A DNA stretch of 64,000 bases from a virus (Duplodnaviria; Caudoviricetes), in the IMG/VR virus record IMGVR_UViG_3300032320_001009, positions 1-64,000 of that record, one strand, 5' to 3'. Shown here in pieces: positions 48,874 through 58,347 of this stretch (position 1 is the stretch's first letter; each line of letters begins with the position of its first letter). The notes beneath the pieces are model-generated. The model was given only the letters and a program-made list of their open reading frames with translations. It was not told the DNA's origin and searched no databases. The translations under genes were made by a program, and so were the position numbers.

Positions 48874-50434
48874 GGGGACTCTTAAGCCTTATCAAGTTGA
48901 AGCCGTAGAACGTATGGCTAATCGCAAGAAGATGCTTGTTGCTTATGAGATGGGGCTTGGTAAGACTTGTATGACTATTGCTGCAATGGAGCAAATACGA
49001 GGTCAGAAGCCTGTGTTGGTAATTGCTTTAGCAAGTCTTAAATATCAATGGGCAAGTGAGATAGCGAAGTTTTCTGACGCAACTTCGATTGTTATTGATG
49101 GCTCTAAAGCAGCACGAACACTTCAATACGCAGATGCTGAATACCAGAACTACGTTATTACAAACTATGAGTCCATCGTCAATGATTGGGAACTTCTAAA
49201 GCATATAGACTTTGGAGCAATAGTGTGCGATGAAGCCACAGCCATCAAAGGATTTCGTTCTAAAAGAACAAAGAAGGTAAAAGAACTTGCTGGTGCAATA
49301 CCTGTACGTTTTGCTTTGACAGGCACACCTATTCAAAACGGTAAGCCTGAAGAGTTGTACAGCATTATGCAGTTTGTAGAACCTGGTCTCCTTGGTCGTT
49401 TTGACTTATTCGACAAAACCTTTATTGTAAGAAACAATTTTGGCGGAGTTCAGCGTTATCGCAACCTACCTCTTCTGCATGAGAAGATGAAGGAAGCCTC
49501 GGTTCGAAAAGCACAGTCTGACCCAGATGTTGCCCCGTATCTGCCAGAAACGATTCACTTAGACCCTGTACGAGTCAAGATGGATAGCAAATCGCGGGAT
49601 ATTTACGAGAAGATTGCAATGGACTTGTCTAATGAGTTACAGGAAGCCCAAGAATTATTTGGCGGTGGATTTTCAATAGAAGCACACTACGGACAGGGCT
49701 ATCAGCCAGGAAGCCCAGCAGATGCACTGCGTGGTTCCATCATGTCCAAGATAACTTCTTTACGAATGCTTTGCGACCACCCAAACCTTTTAGTTGAAAG
49801 TTCAACTAGATTCAAAGACTCCGAAGGACAGCACGGAAGTGCCTATGTCTACGGGTTATCCACAGGGGGTCATTTAGACAGCATTTCTAAAAACCACGCC
49901 AAATTGGATGCTGTAGTCAATTATGTGTCAGAACACATAGAGACAGACGAGAACTCTAAAGTTGTTATCTTTGCTTCATACCTGGGGATGCTGCCTTTGT
50001 TGCAGGAGAGGTTAGCCTTAAAGAAGATTGAGTCTCGCATTTATTCAGGGGAAATGAACTCTAAGGAAAAAGAAGTTGCCAAACTAGAATTCCAAACTTC
50101 TTTAGAAGTTCGTGTTTTAATTTCCTCTGATGCTGGCGGGTATGGCGTGGACCTACCCCAAGCCAACCTACTGGTAAACTACGATTTACCGTGGTCTTCA
50201 GGCACAGCAGTTCAACGTAACTCTAGAATTCGACGAGCATCAAGTACATGGAAGTCCGTGGTTATCCAAGACTTCATTGTTTTGAACTCAATCGAAGAAC
50301 GACAGTTTGAAATGTTAAACCAAAAGAACGCAGTTGCTGATGCTGTCATTGACGGCGCAGGAATCAATGAACGTGGGGGCGTTGACTTAACAGTCGGTAG
50401 CCTCCTAAACTTCTTAATTAAGAACCAAATCTAG
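48866..50434 (+). CDS. SNF2-family (SF2) helicase
   Basis: LKPYQ, MGLGKT, DEA(T), ALTGTPIQN, QRNSRIRR. TTG 48866 preferred start; ORF open from 48848. Confidence 0.85.
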   Translation: MFKGTLKPYQVEAVERMANRKKMLVAYEMGLGKTCMTIAAMEQIRGQKPVLVIALASLKYQWASEIAKFSDATSIVIDGSKAARTLQYADAEYQNYVITNYESIVNDWELLKHIDFGAIVCDEATAIKGFRSKRTKKVKELAGAIPVRFALTGTPIQNGKPEELYSIMQFVEPGLLGRFDLFDKTFIVRNNFGGVQRYRNLPLLHEKMKEASVRKAQSDPDVAPYLPETIHLDPVRVKMDSKSRDIYEKIAMDLSNELQEAQELFGGGFSIEAHYGQGYQPGSPADALRGSIMSKITSLRMLCDHPNLLVESSTRFKDSEGQHGSAYVYGLSTGGHLDSISKNHAKLDAVVNYVSEHIETDENSKVVIFASYLGMLPLLQERLALKKIESRIYSGEMNSKEKEVAKLEFQTSLEVRVLISSDAGGYGVDLPQANLLVNYDLPWSSGTAVQRNSRIRRASSTWKSVVIQDFIVLNSIEERQFEMLNQKNAVADAVIDGAGINERGGVDLTVGSLLNFLIKNQI

Positions 50435-50442
50435 GAGGCAAT

Positions 50443-50880
50443 ATGGCACGAGCAGCCGATGCACCACGTGACTTCACTGGTGACGACTTAATATCACAAG
50501 CAAAGGAATACATTGCTGTAAAGAAAAACATTGACCAGTATGAAGAAAGGCAGAAAGAACTAAAGGCTGCACTCTTCCTACAAATTGATGAAGGTGGTTT
50601 TGAAGACGACAAGGGAAACATCTGGTTAGAACTTCCAGAAGCAATTGATGATTACCTTAGCCTTCAAAAGCAAAAGCGTGTATCACGCAAAATTGATGAG
50701 GGCGTTGCAATGACTCTCATTGAAGAAAAAGGTTTAAGAGACCGTCTTATCAAAACTGTTGAAGTTGTTGATGAAGACGAACTAATGGCTGCTCTTTATG
50801 ACGGCACATTAACTGAAGAAGAAGTCGATGAGATGTTCCCAGCAAAAATTGTTTGGGCACTAACATTGAGTAAGAAGTAA
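50443..50880 (+). CDS. hypothetical protein (coiled coil, Mu Gam-like architecture)
   Basis: SD GGAGG; N-terminal helix followed by a short beta/helix region. Confidence 0.55.
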   Translation: MARAADAPRDFTGDDLISQAKEYIAVKKNIDQYEERQKELKAALFLQIDEGGFEDDKGNIWLELPEAIDDYLSLQKQKRVSRKIDEGVAMTLIEEKGLRDRLIKTVEVVDEDELMAALYDGTLTEEEVDEMFPAKIVWALTLSKK

Positions 50881-50882
50881 TC

Positions 50883-51143
50883 ATGGCATCTTTAGAACAC
50901 AACAAGCAGTGGGCTCAAAACCCAAAGCCAAAAGTCGTCGCTTCTACTGAAGAACCAAAGGTTGCTTCATTTCCAACAGGCTCAAACGTTCGTAACAAAA
51001 TTGTTGCTGACTTAAAAGATGAGTATGTTGCTCACCTTGAACTCATTATCAATGCTTTGAAAAAAGGCGATACAAATAAAGCAGTTGAGTATGAGATTTG
51101 GGCTAAAGCACTAAAGCAAGCGATTGCAATTGCGACTGAATAA
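50883..51143 (+). CDS. hypothetical protein
   Basis: 86-aa ORF in operon. Confidence 0.55.
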   Translation: MASLEHNKQWAQNPKPKVVASTEEPKVASFPTGSNVRNKIVADLKDEYVAHLELIINALKKGDTNKAVEYEIWAKALKQAIAIATE

Positions 51144-51620
51144 ATGCCAGGATTACGCGGAGAAGATGAGGTTCTAAAATCATTTGCTGACCTTGAGTAC
51201 AAACCAGGGTCAAAGCAAAAGAGAAGAACAGACTCTCCTACCGCAAAAAAACGGCGTGCAATTGCAGATGACGATTGGGACATTAACCCAATTGTTAAAA
51301 CCCTTGGAGGAAAAGAAACAGAAGTTTTCACGATTGGTGCAATGGCGAAGGCTCTTGAAAAGAGCATCATCAGTATCCGTTCGTGGGAAAAGAAGGGGTA
51401 TCTACCAAGAGCCCCCTACCGTTTACGTTCCAAGACCTTAAATGGTCAGAAGGTAAGTGGAAACCGCGTCTACACAAGAGTACTAATAGAAATTGCTATT
51501 GAAGAGTTCTCAAAAAGAGGTCTTTTGGGAACTGCTCGTGTAGAATGGTCTCAGCACACAGACTTAACCGACGCGATTGTTTCGCGTTGGAAAGAGTCCG
51601 TTGCTAACGAGAGTCAATAG
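51144..51620 (+). CDS. MerR-like HTH DNA-binding protein
   Basis: FTIGAMAKALEKSIISIRSWEKKGYLP...RVY. Confidence 0.75.
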   Translation: MPGLRGEDEVLKSFADLEYKPGSKQKRRTDSPTAKKRRAIADDDWDINPIVKTLGGKETEVFTIGAMAKALEKSIISIRSWEKKGYLPRAPYRLRSKTLNGQKVSGNRVYTRVLIEIAIEEFSKRGLLGTARVEWSQHTDLTDAIVSRWKESVANESQ

Positions 51621-51660
51621 ACCTCACTACCAACCGAGTGCGAAAGCCTCACTACCGAAA
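51608..51660 (+). promoter_or_regulatory. tandem bulged-hairpin RNA motif in the SSB leader
   Basis: Two copies of CGAG-N-stem/tetraloop-CTC-ACTACC (51608-51631 and 51635-51656). Confidence 0.5.
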
Positions 51661-51668
51661 GAAGAAAC

Positions 51669-52334
51669 ATGTCAATCTCAGCACCTAACGTCAATGCAGA
51701 TTCATATTTGGATGCAGACGACGAAAATGCAACACCTAAAGTAGGCACAACCGTTCAATCTGGATGGGATGCAGCCTCAAAAATCCTAAAGTCAACTGCT
51801 AAAGATGGCGAATACCCAAACGACTTTAAGTTCTCTGAAGAGTCTCAACTAATTAAGTTCATTGGTGACGGACCATTCCGTGCCTATGAGCAACATTGGA
51901 TTGACCGCTCATCAGGAAAGCGTTCATTCGTTTGCATCGCAGATTCTGATGAGGATGGTTGCCCACTATGCGACATCCTTGGAGATAAGCCACGAGGTAA
52001 GTTTGCGTTTACAGTTCTTGTCTTGAGTGGAGAAGAAACCAAAACGATGATTCTTACTGCACCACCTACTTTGTTCCGTCAAATCAAGGCAGCACATGAG
52101 GACACTAAGCGTGGACCATTGAATAAGTTTTATTATTCAATTGCACGCATGGGTACAGGACCTCAGACAACATACTCACTAGAGCGTGTTCGTCCGACTG
52201 ACTTGGCAGAAGATTGGGACCTTGACCCTGCTCAGGTCGAGGGACTCGTAGCAACGGCAACCCCCTTCACGCCCGATGTAATTTGGGATACACCTCGTCC
52301 CGAATTGCTGGAGATTGCTCGTTCGATTGCTTAG
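51669..52334 (+). CDS. ssb: single-stranded DNA-binding protein (gp32-like, Zn-binding)
   Basis: Aromatic-rich OB-like core, VC...CPLC, located directly before PolA; highly expressed codon usage. Confidence 0.65.
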   Translation: MSISAPNVNADSYLDADDENATPKVGTTVQSGWDAASKILKSTAKDGEYPNDFKFSEESQLIKFIGDGPFRAYEQHWIDRSSGKRSFVCIADSDEDGCPLCDILGDKPRGKFAFTVLVLSGEETKTMILTAPPTLFRQIKAAHEDTKRGPLNKFYYSIARMGTGPQTTYSLERVRPTDLAEDWDLDPAQVEGLVATATPFTPDVIWDTPRPELLEIARSIA

Positions 52335-52361
52335 TCCGTCAAAGTAATCGTCCCAGTACAA

Positions 52362-52410
52362 GTGGGGGGCTTGGTTTTTCGTAGTTGGTTTCCAAGCCCC
52401 CCACACTTTT
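52362..52410 (+). terminator. 13-bp GC-rich hairpin between ssb and polA
   Basis: GTGGGGGGCTTGG (52362-52374) / CCAAGCCCCCCAC (52392-52404), then ACTTTT. Confidence 0.6.
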
Positions 52411-52422
52411 AAAAGGAGCATC

Positions 52423-54435
52423 ATGAATATCATTACTACTTCTCTTGGTTTATCAGAGATGGTTGAGTACTACCTGAAGCAACCAGCATTTGCCTTTGAC
52501 GTTGAAACTGTAGGCGATGACGATTTTGCACGAGTACACCCCATCTTGAACAAAGTTACGTGGATTGCGTTTGCAACAGAAGGACGTGTCGACGTAATTC
52601 CTATGGGTCACCCAAACGGAGAGTTTCTTAGTTGGGAAAAACCCTTACTTGCATCAGGTCAAAAAAGATTAGAGGAAGGCAAGGAAATCCGTGAACAGGA
52701 TTACTCAAAACGCGAAGATAGTTGGACACCAGTTTTCGATACTGCTCCCGACCAACTCCTCCCAGGGGATGTGTTTAAAGCACTCAAGCCTCTATTGTTT
52801 AGTAACCAAACCAAAGTTGGACACAACCTTAAGTTCGACCTCAAAGCAGTTGCTAAGTACTATCGCGGAGTCGTACCCACCAAACCATACTTTGATACGT
52901 TAGTTGCAGCATTCATTCTTGATAATCGCACAAAGAACATGCTTGGTCTTGACGACTGTGCAAAGCGTGAACTAGGAAAAGTTGTTGTCAAAGGAATTGG
53001 TCACGCTGTAGAGAAACACGCATTTAGTGATGTTGCAAAGTATGCAGGTATTGATGCTGAATCAACGTGGGAGTTATACAAAATTTACAACGTTCGATTA
53101 AAAGAACGTGGGATGACAACTGTATGGCGATTAGAGATGGACTTGCTTCTTGTCTTAGCAGACATGGAACTTACTGGAGCATTTATTGATACTGAAGAGT
53201 TAGCCCGTTTAAAAACTAAGATTGAAAAAGACATTGTTGAGGTAACTGGCGAGGCTTACAAACTTGCAGGACGCGAGTTTCACATGAACTCAATTCCAGA
53301 AAAACAGAATATTTTGTTTACCCCCAAGTCTGAAGGTGGAAGAGGTATTCGCCCAAACAAGACTATTAAAATTGCGTTGACCCCTAAAGGATTAGAGGCA
53401 ATGAGAAATGGCGAAGAGGTTCAGATTAAACATTACTCTGTAAGTTCTGAAGCCCTTGAGTACTACCGTGAGAAAGACCCTTTAGTTGGAGCAATAATGA
53501 GGTATCAAGATTTAAATAAGTTGATGACTACTTATGTAACTCCTTACGCAGGTGGTGAAGTAACACGCACTACTGGCGGTAAATCAAAGATGGTTAATCG
53601 TCAGAGTCTTTTAGTTAGTGGCAAAGTCCATACTAACTTTAAGTCTTATGGAGCAGAGACTGGTCGTTTCTCTAGTAGTGAGCCAAACCTTCAAAACATT
53701 CCATCTCAAGGTGAGTACGGAAAGTTAATCCGTAACCTGTTTATTGCTCCTCCAGGGCATAAGTTGATTGTTGCTGACTACTCACAGATTGAACCAAGAA
53801 TCATTGCTTCATTTTCGCAAGACCCCGCATTCATTAAGAACTACATAGAAGGTGGAGACATCTACACGACAATCGGTGGTCGTATGGGTGTTGACCGTCG
53901 TGCTGGAAAAGTTCTTGTGCTTGCTATTGCGTACGGGATTGGTCCAGAAAAGATTGCTGACCAGATTGGGTGTAGCGTTAAAGAAGCCCATCAACTTATG
54001 GATTTGTTTAACGATAGGTTTGCTTCTATTAATCATTACAGAAACCGCGTTATTCGAATTGCACGACAACAACGTCCTTTGCCTTACGTTTCTACAGTTT
54101 TAGGCAGACGTAGATACATTCCTGAATTGAACAGTCCTGACATGGGTCCAAAGTCCCGTGCAGAACGCCAAGCCTTTAACACAGTAATTCAAGGCTCGGC
54201 TGCTGACCTCATCAAACTTGCAATGGTACGAGCACATTCTTGTTTCGTAAATGAGCCAACCGTCAATGTGCTATTGACTGTACACGACGAACTGGTGACA
54301 ATTGCACCAGACCACTTAGCCGAAGAAACGGCTGCAGCAATTAGAGAATCTATGGAAGGCGTAAAACTTCCAGACATGCTTGTCCCGTTGATTGCTGATA
54401 CACACATTGTCCAGAAATGGGGAGAAGCAAAATGA
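52423..54435 (+). CDS. polA: DNA polymerase family A with 3'-5' exonuclease
   Basis: Exo motifs FDVET, GHNLKFD, YAGID; TGRFSSSEPNLQNIP; motif A DYSQIE; motif B RRAGKVLVLAIAYG; motif C VHDE. Confidence 0.95.
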   Translation: MNIITTSLGLSEMVEYYLKQPAFAFDVETVGDDDFARVHPILNKVTWIAFATEGRVDVIPMGHPNGEFLSWEKPLLASGQKRLEEGKEIREQDYSKREDSWTPVFDTAPDQLLPGDVFKALKPLLFSNQTKVGHNLKFDLKAVAKYYRGVVPTKPYFDTLVAAFILDNRTKNMLGLDDCAKRELGKVVVKGIGHAVEKHAFSDVAKYAGIDAESTWELYKIYNVRLKERGMTTVWRLEMDLLLVLADMELTGAFIDTEELARLKTKIEKDIVEVTGEAYKLAGREFHMNSIPEKQNILFTPKSEGGRGIRPNKTIKIALTPKGLEAMRNGEEVQIKHYSVSSEALEYYREKDPLVGAIMRYQDLNKLMTTYVTPYAGGEVTRTTGGKSKMVNRQSLLVSGKVHTNFKSYGAETGRFSSSEPNLQNIPSQGEYGKLIRNLFIAPPGHKLIVADYSQIEPRIIASFSQDPAFIKNYIEGGDIYTTIGGRMGVDRRAGKVLVLAIAYGIGPEKIADQIGCSVKEAHQLMDLFNDRFASINHYRNRVIRIARQQRPLPYVSTVLGRRRYIPELNSPDMGPKSRAERQAFNTVIQGSAADLIKLAMVRAHSCFVNEPTVNVLLTVHDELVTIAPDHLAEETAAAIRESMEGVKLPDMLVPLIADTHIVQKWGEAK

Positions 54436-54869
54436 GTTGGTTTAAACGTAAAAAGAAGTTTGAGTTTGATGGGGATAGGTTTGCTGCAGAAGTTATGTAC
54501 AGAGTTCGAGGGTTATTCCTTGATTCTCAACTTCAAGACGCTTTCTCGTTAAGCGTTATTGCTGGCACTACCGCAGTAAGCGATGAAGTTGCCGAGATGG
54601 AACAACAGGATAGCGATAAGCGTGTGCAGAAGATTGAGCACTTAATTCCACTTATTTTGACTCAAACCTATTCAATATCAAAAGCCATGGCAGAGTTAGA
54701 AAAAGCCAAAGCAATGCGTACAGAGGTAGACGTTCCAGACGAGTTTTGGGAACTGTACCAATCCCGAAACCAAGACATAACAATTGCTGCTGTCGTTGGG
54801 TGCATTGCTCAGATGGTTGATATAGGATTGTTAACTGTAGGACCACGGAAACCAAGGAGTACAAAATGA
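54432..54869 (+). CDS. hypothetical protein
   Basis: ATG 54432 overlaps the polA stop (ATGA). Confidence 0.6.
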   Translation: MSWFKRKKKFEFDGDRFAAEVMYRVRGLFLDSQLQDAFSLSVIAGTTAVSDEVAEMEQQDSDKRVQKIEHLIPLILTQTYSISKAMAELEKAKAMRTEVDVPDEFWELYQSRNQDITIAAVVGCIAQMVDIGLLTVGPRKPRSTK

Positions 54870-55240
54870 CCAATGCTGACTGGTGGGCAAAGAAGTTACA
54901 GAATAACGCTCCACAACCACGTCGAGATGTCTCCCCTCCAATGCCCCCCTCACAACAGCCCATGACACGTTACACGCCTCCTCAACCCTTAGCCCCTGAG
55001 AGCAAAGCCCAAAGCGCAAAACAAACTCAGTCTTGCCCTGAGTGCTACAGCAACAACTACATGGCGATTCAAAACGCAGCCCCTCGTTGTTACGACTGTG
55101 GTTACCCATTATCCCAATCAGGTAGCAGGTACGGAAGTTTGACAGGAGCCCAAGTTGAAGGAGCCGTTAAATCTTCTTTAGGAAATGACAGTCAAAATAA
55201 TTGGAATCCACAAAACATTATTGGTCGTGTTGACGGATGA
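54866..55240 (+). CDS. hypothetical protein with CxxC-X-CxxC zinc ribbon
   Basis: CPEC...CYDC; Pro/Gln-rich N-terminus. Confidence 0.65.
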   Translation: MTNADWWAKKLQNNAPQPRRDVSPPMPPSQQPMTRYTPPQPLAPESKAQSAKQTQSCPECYSNNYMAIQNAAPRCYDCGYPLSQSGSRYGSLTGAQVEGAVKSSLGNDSQNNWNPQNIIGRVDG

Positions 55241-55623
55241 GCAAACTTTCTGACTTTGATTTAGATTTAAAATTTGGTCAAGAAGGAGAGGCTCTTGTTA
55301 AAGAACTTCATACTTCAGGTAAAACCGTTGAGGTAAAGACAGACCGTCAATGGGTACGTACAAATAACTTGTACATTGAAACAGAGTGCTACCACTTATC
55401 TTGTAAATGCTGGGAGCCTTCAGGGTTATCAGTTACAAAAGCAGACTATTGGGTATTTGTTTTGCAAAAAACAATGGTGTCAGTGCCTACCTCTATACTC
55501 AGATACGCTGTAGAGTCGTTTGGTAGACCTATCTCTTGTGACATACCGCCGAACATGAGTAAAGGGTATTTACTAACAGTAAATGATTTATTAGTTGCAA
55601 CAAAGGAGAACAAGGATGATTAA
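55237..55623 (+). CDS. PD-(D/E)XK nuclease-like protein
   Basis: FDLDLKFGQEGE, VEVKTD, NLYIE, SGLSVTKADYW. Confidence 0.6.
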   Translation: MSKLSDFDLDLKFGQEGEALVKELHTSGKTVEVKTDRQWVRTNNLYIETECYHLSCKCWEPSGLSVTKADYWVFVLQKTMVSVPTSILRYAVESFGRPISCDIPPNMSKGYLLTVNDLLVATKENKDD

Positions 55624-56635
55624 CGACGAAGCAAAAAAAGTCGCTGCACTATTAAACAAGAGGTTTGGAGATAACGTTGTTGTTGTTGCATCTGACATCC
55701 GTGAGGATTTGATACCTAGAATTACTTCAGGGTCAACAACTTTTGACTTTGTGTTAGGTGGAGGTTTTCCAGGAAACCAATGGAATGAGTTGATTGGCGA
55801 ATCTTCTCACGGCAAAACCGCTGTCGCTCTAAAAACAATTGCTGCCAATCAAAAGTTAAACCCAGACCACACAACCGTGTGGGTTGCTGCAGAGCAGTGG
55901 GTTCCTGAATACGCTCAAATGTGTGGAGTAGACACTAAGCGTGTAATCGTTATTGAAACCAACATTATGGAAGAAGCCTACGATGCAGTAATTGCATTTG
56001 CTGAGTCTAAGGCTGTTGACGCAATCGTTATTGACTCATTGCCAGCCCTGTCTCCATCTCCTGAAATGGAGAAGAACATGGATGAGATGACAGTTGGACG
56101 TGGAGCATTGTTGACCAACAAGTTCTTTAGAGTGGTGGGTTCAGCAATCAAAAGAAGTTTGGTAGAAGATGAACGTCCTGTACTAGGACTGGTCATCAAC
56201 CAATACCGTATGAAAATTGGCGTAATGCACGGAGACCCACGCACTACTCCTGGAGGAGAGGGAAAGAACTACGCATTCTTTACTCGTTCTGAAGTTCGTC
56301 GTGACGAATGGATTGAGGCTGGAACTGGCAACGACAAGAAACGTGTTGGGCAGACCATCAAGATTCGTACCCTAAAGAACAAGACCGCACCCCCACAAAG
56401 AGTGGCTTTCTTTGACTTTTACTTTGATAAGGGCGGTTCTTGTGAACCAGGCGAGTACGACTTTGCCAAAGAAATTGCAGCCATGTCAGTTCTGCATGGC
56501 ATCATTGAACGCAAGGGTGGTTGGTACTACTATGGTGAGCGTAAATGGCAGGGCACAGAATCTGTTATTGCAAGCATCCGTGAGGAAATCGACCTCATGG
56601 AAGAGTTACGAAAGAAGGTGATTGACCTTGGGTGA
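55616..56635 (+). CDS. recA: RecA-like recombinase
   Basis: SGSTTFDFVLGGG, GESSHGKT, IVIDSLPAL, INQYRMKIG, TTPGG, TLKNKTAPP, GWYYYG. Confidence 0.95.
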   Translation: MINDEAKKVAALLNKRFGDNVVVVASDIREDLIPRITSGSTTFDFVLGGGFPGNQWNELIGESSHGKTAVALKTIAANQKLNPDHTTVWVAAEQWVPEYAQMCGVDTKRVIVIETNIMEEAYDAVIAFAESKAVDAIVIDSLPALSPSPEMEKNMDEMTVGRGALLTNKFFRVVGSAIKRSLVEDERPVLGLVINQYRMKIGVMHGDPRTTPGGEGKNYAFFTRSEVRRDEWIEAGTGNDKKRVGQTIKIRTLKNKTAPPQRVAFFDFYFDKGGSCEPGEYDFAKEIAAMSVLHGIIERKGGWYYYGERKWQGTESVIASIREEIDLMEELRKKVIDLG

Positions 56636-56852
56636 AGGACCAAATTGGTTTCTTTCTATGGACCAGTTCCTAGAAATTGTAAACAAAGTTGTGCGTAGTA
56701 AAGACTCGATGTTTACAGGTCGCAACATCCACGAGAGTGGTCACCCCGAAGATTTAATGGTCATTGTTATGGATATAACTGAGACCGTTGCATCAACCAT
56801 CGCTGTTCTTGGTGAGACCAAGAATCACATGTTTGAAGCACCAGCAAAATGA
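56622..56852 (+). CDS. hypothetical protein
   Basis: 76-aa ORF bridging recA and the resolvase. Confidence 0.5.
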   Translation: MTLGEGPNWFLSMDQFLEIVNKVVRSKDSMFTGRNIHESGHPEDLMVIVMDITETVASTIAVLGETKNHMFEAPAK

Positions 56853-57157
56853 AATCAGAAGGACAGAAGCAATCACGCAAACACGAAGAACGAATAGCCA
56901 AAAAGGTTGACGGTTCTCGTACTGCTGCTTCTGGAGCCTTCTGGTCGCGAAAGGGAGACGTACGTTCAAAGGATTTACTGATTGAACATAAGTGGACTGG
57001 CAAGAAGCAAGTCACCATTAAATCAGAGGTCTTAAAGAAAATAGTGAGAGAGGCAATCTTAGATAGCCGAATACCCGTACTTGGTTTACATCTAGATGGG
57101 GAGAACTACGTGGTTCTCCTTGAAGACGATTACCTAGAAATGAGAGAGAACTTATGA
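56849..57157 (+). CDS. Hjc-like Holliday junction resolvase (PD-(D/E)XK)
   Basis: HEERIAK, ASGA, GDV, LIEHK. Confidence 0.7.
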   Translation: MKSEGQKQSRKHEERIAKKVDGSRTAASGAFWSRKGDVRSKDLLIEHKWTGKKQVTIKSEVLKKIVREAILDSRIPVLGLHLDGENYVVLLEDDYLEMRENL

Positions 57158-57170
57158 ACAGGAATCGTGA

Positions 57171-57503
57171 ATGGATGAACCTACTTATGCGTGGAGGTAT
57201 AAAGCACGGTGCAAAGGCGTTGCCGACACCGACATCTTTTACCCCCCACGTGACAAAGACCTTTACAAAGTAATTGCTGATGAAGCAAAATCTTATTGTT
57301 TTGGCGAGAACGGAAAGAACCCTTGTCCTGTCAGACTTAATTGTCTGTGGGATGCGGTAGAAAGAGAAGAGCCACATGGAATTTGGGGCGGTATGTCACA
57401 TCGTGAACGTAACGCTTTAATTCGAAAGTGGAAGAAAAGTTACAAAAAGAAGATGACATTAGAGCAATACATTATGGGATTGGACGATTGGGATGAGCAG
57501 TGA
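57171..57503 (+). CDS. whiB: WhiB-family Fe-S transcription factor
   Basis: WRYKARC, DIFYP, AKSYC, CPVRLNCLWDA, GIWGGMSHRER, basic C-terminus. Confidence 0.9.
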   Translation: MDEPTYAWRYKARCKGVADTDIFYPPRDKDLYKVIADEAKSYCFGENGKNPCPVRLNCLWDAVEREEPHGIWGGMSHRERNALIRKWKKSYKKKMTLEQYIMGLDDWDEQ

Positions 57504-58347
57504 CTTAAAGCGTTTCTTAGACGCAAAGAAGGCTAGTCCAAGACTGATTGGTGACATTGAGCGACACCTCATGGCAAAAAAACCCGAGGACCGTCGAACA
57601 GATGTTCTACACCCGTCAGAAATGGCAAAGGCTGATTGGTGTTTACGAGCATCTTATTTTGCGTTAAAGGGCGTATCTGTCAAGAAGACGAACCCTAATT
57701 TACGGTTGCAGTCAATCTTTGACGAAGGGCATTTTATCCACGCTAAATGGCAAAAGTGGTTTAATGAGATGGGTACTCTTCATGGCACTTGGTCGTGTGC
57801 TGTCTGTACAACTCTTTTTATAGGTACTTCACCTAAACTTTGCCCTGGTTGCAACGCTTATCCTAATTTTTTAACTTACGAAGAAGTACCTTTAATTGAC
57901 ACTGATTTAAGAATTGCTGGTCATGCCGATGGTTGGATAAAGAATATTGGTGATGATTGCCTTATTGAAATTAAGTCAATTGGTACAGGAACTTTAAGAT
58001 TTGAGGCTCCTGAGTTAATTGCAAAAGCAGACGGAGACCTTCAAACAGCGTGGCGAGGTATCCGTCGTCCTTTTAGAACTCACCTTATGCAAGGACAGAT
58101 TTACCTTGAATTAATGAAACGAGCAGGGCATAAGGTAAACGAAATTGTCTTTTTGTACGAACTAAAGGCTGACCAAGATTACAAGGAGTTTGTAGTCAAG
58201 GCTGACTTTGAGTTGGTAGAGGATAAATTCCGCAAAGCAAAAGAAGTTGTAATCGCTGTAGAGAACAACACTCCATTAGAATGCACGAACAAGCCAGGGT
58301 TTACTTGCAAATCATGCGAACAGTTTGGAGAGAACGATGACGCTTAG
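57493..58347 (+). CDS. Cas4/RecB-like PD-(D/E)XK exonuclease with Fe-S-type Cys
   Basis: LHPSE..WC, GHADG, LIEIKS, QGQIY, C-terminal C-X7-C-X2-C; internal CxxC-CxxC. Confidence 0.8.
   Translation: MSSDLKRFLDAKKASPRLIGDIERHLMAKKPEDRRTDVLHPSEMAKADWCLRASYFALKGVSVKKTNPNLRLQSIFDEGHFIHAKWQKWFNEMGTLHGTWSCAVCTTLFIGTSPKLCPGCNAYPNFLTYEEVPLIDTDLRIAGHADGWIKNIGDDCLIEIKSIGTGTLRFEAPELIAKADGDLQTAWRGIRRPFRTHLMQGQIYLELMKRAGHKVNEIVFLYELKADQDYKEFVVKADFELVEDKFRKAKEVVIAVENNTPLECTNKPGFTCKSCEQFGENDDA

Noticed and set aside
51608-51660. Hammerhead ribozyme (contains CGAAA and short stems)
   Set aside because: The CUGANGA core is absent, so it is kept only as a generic structured leader.
57493-58347. Cas4-like gene as evidence of a CRISPR system
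   Set aside because: No array or other cas genes. Stand-alone Cas4-like exonucleases are common in phage replication modules.
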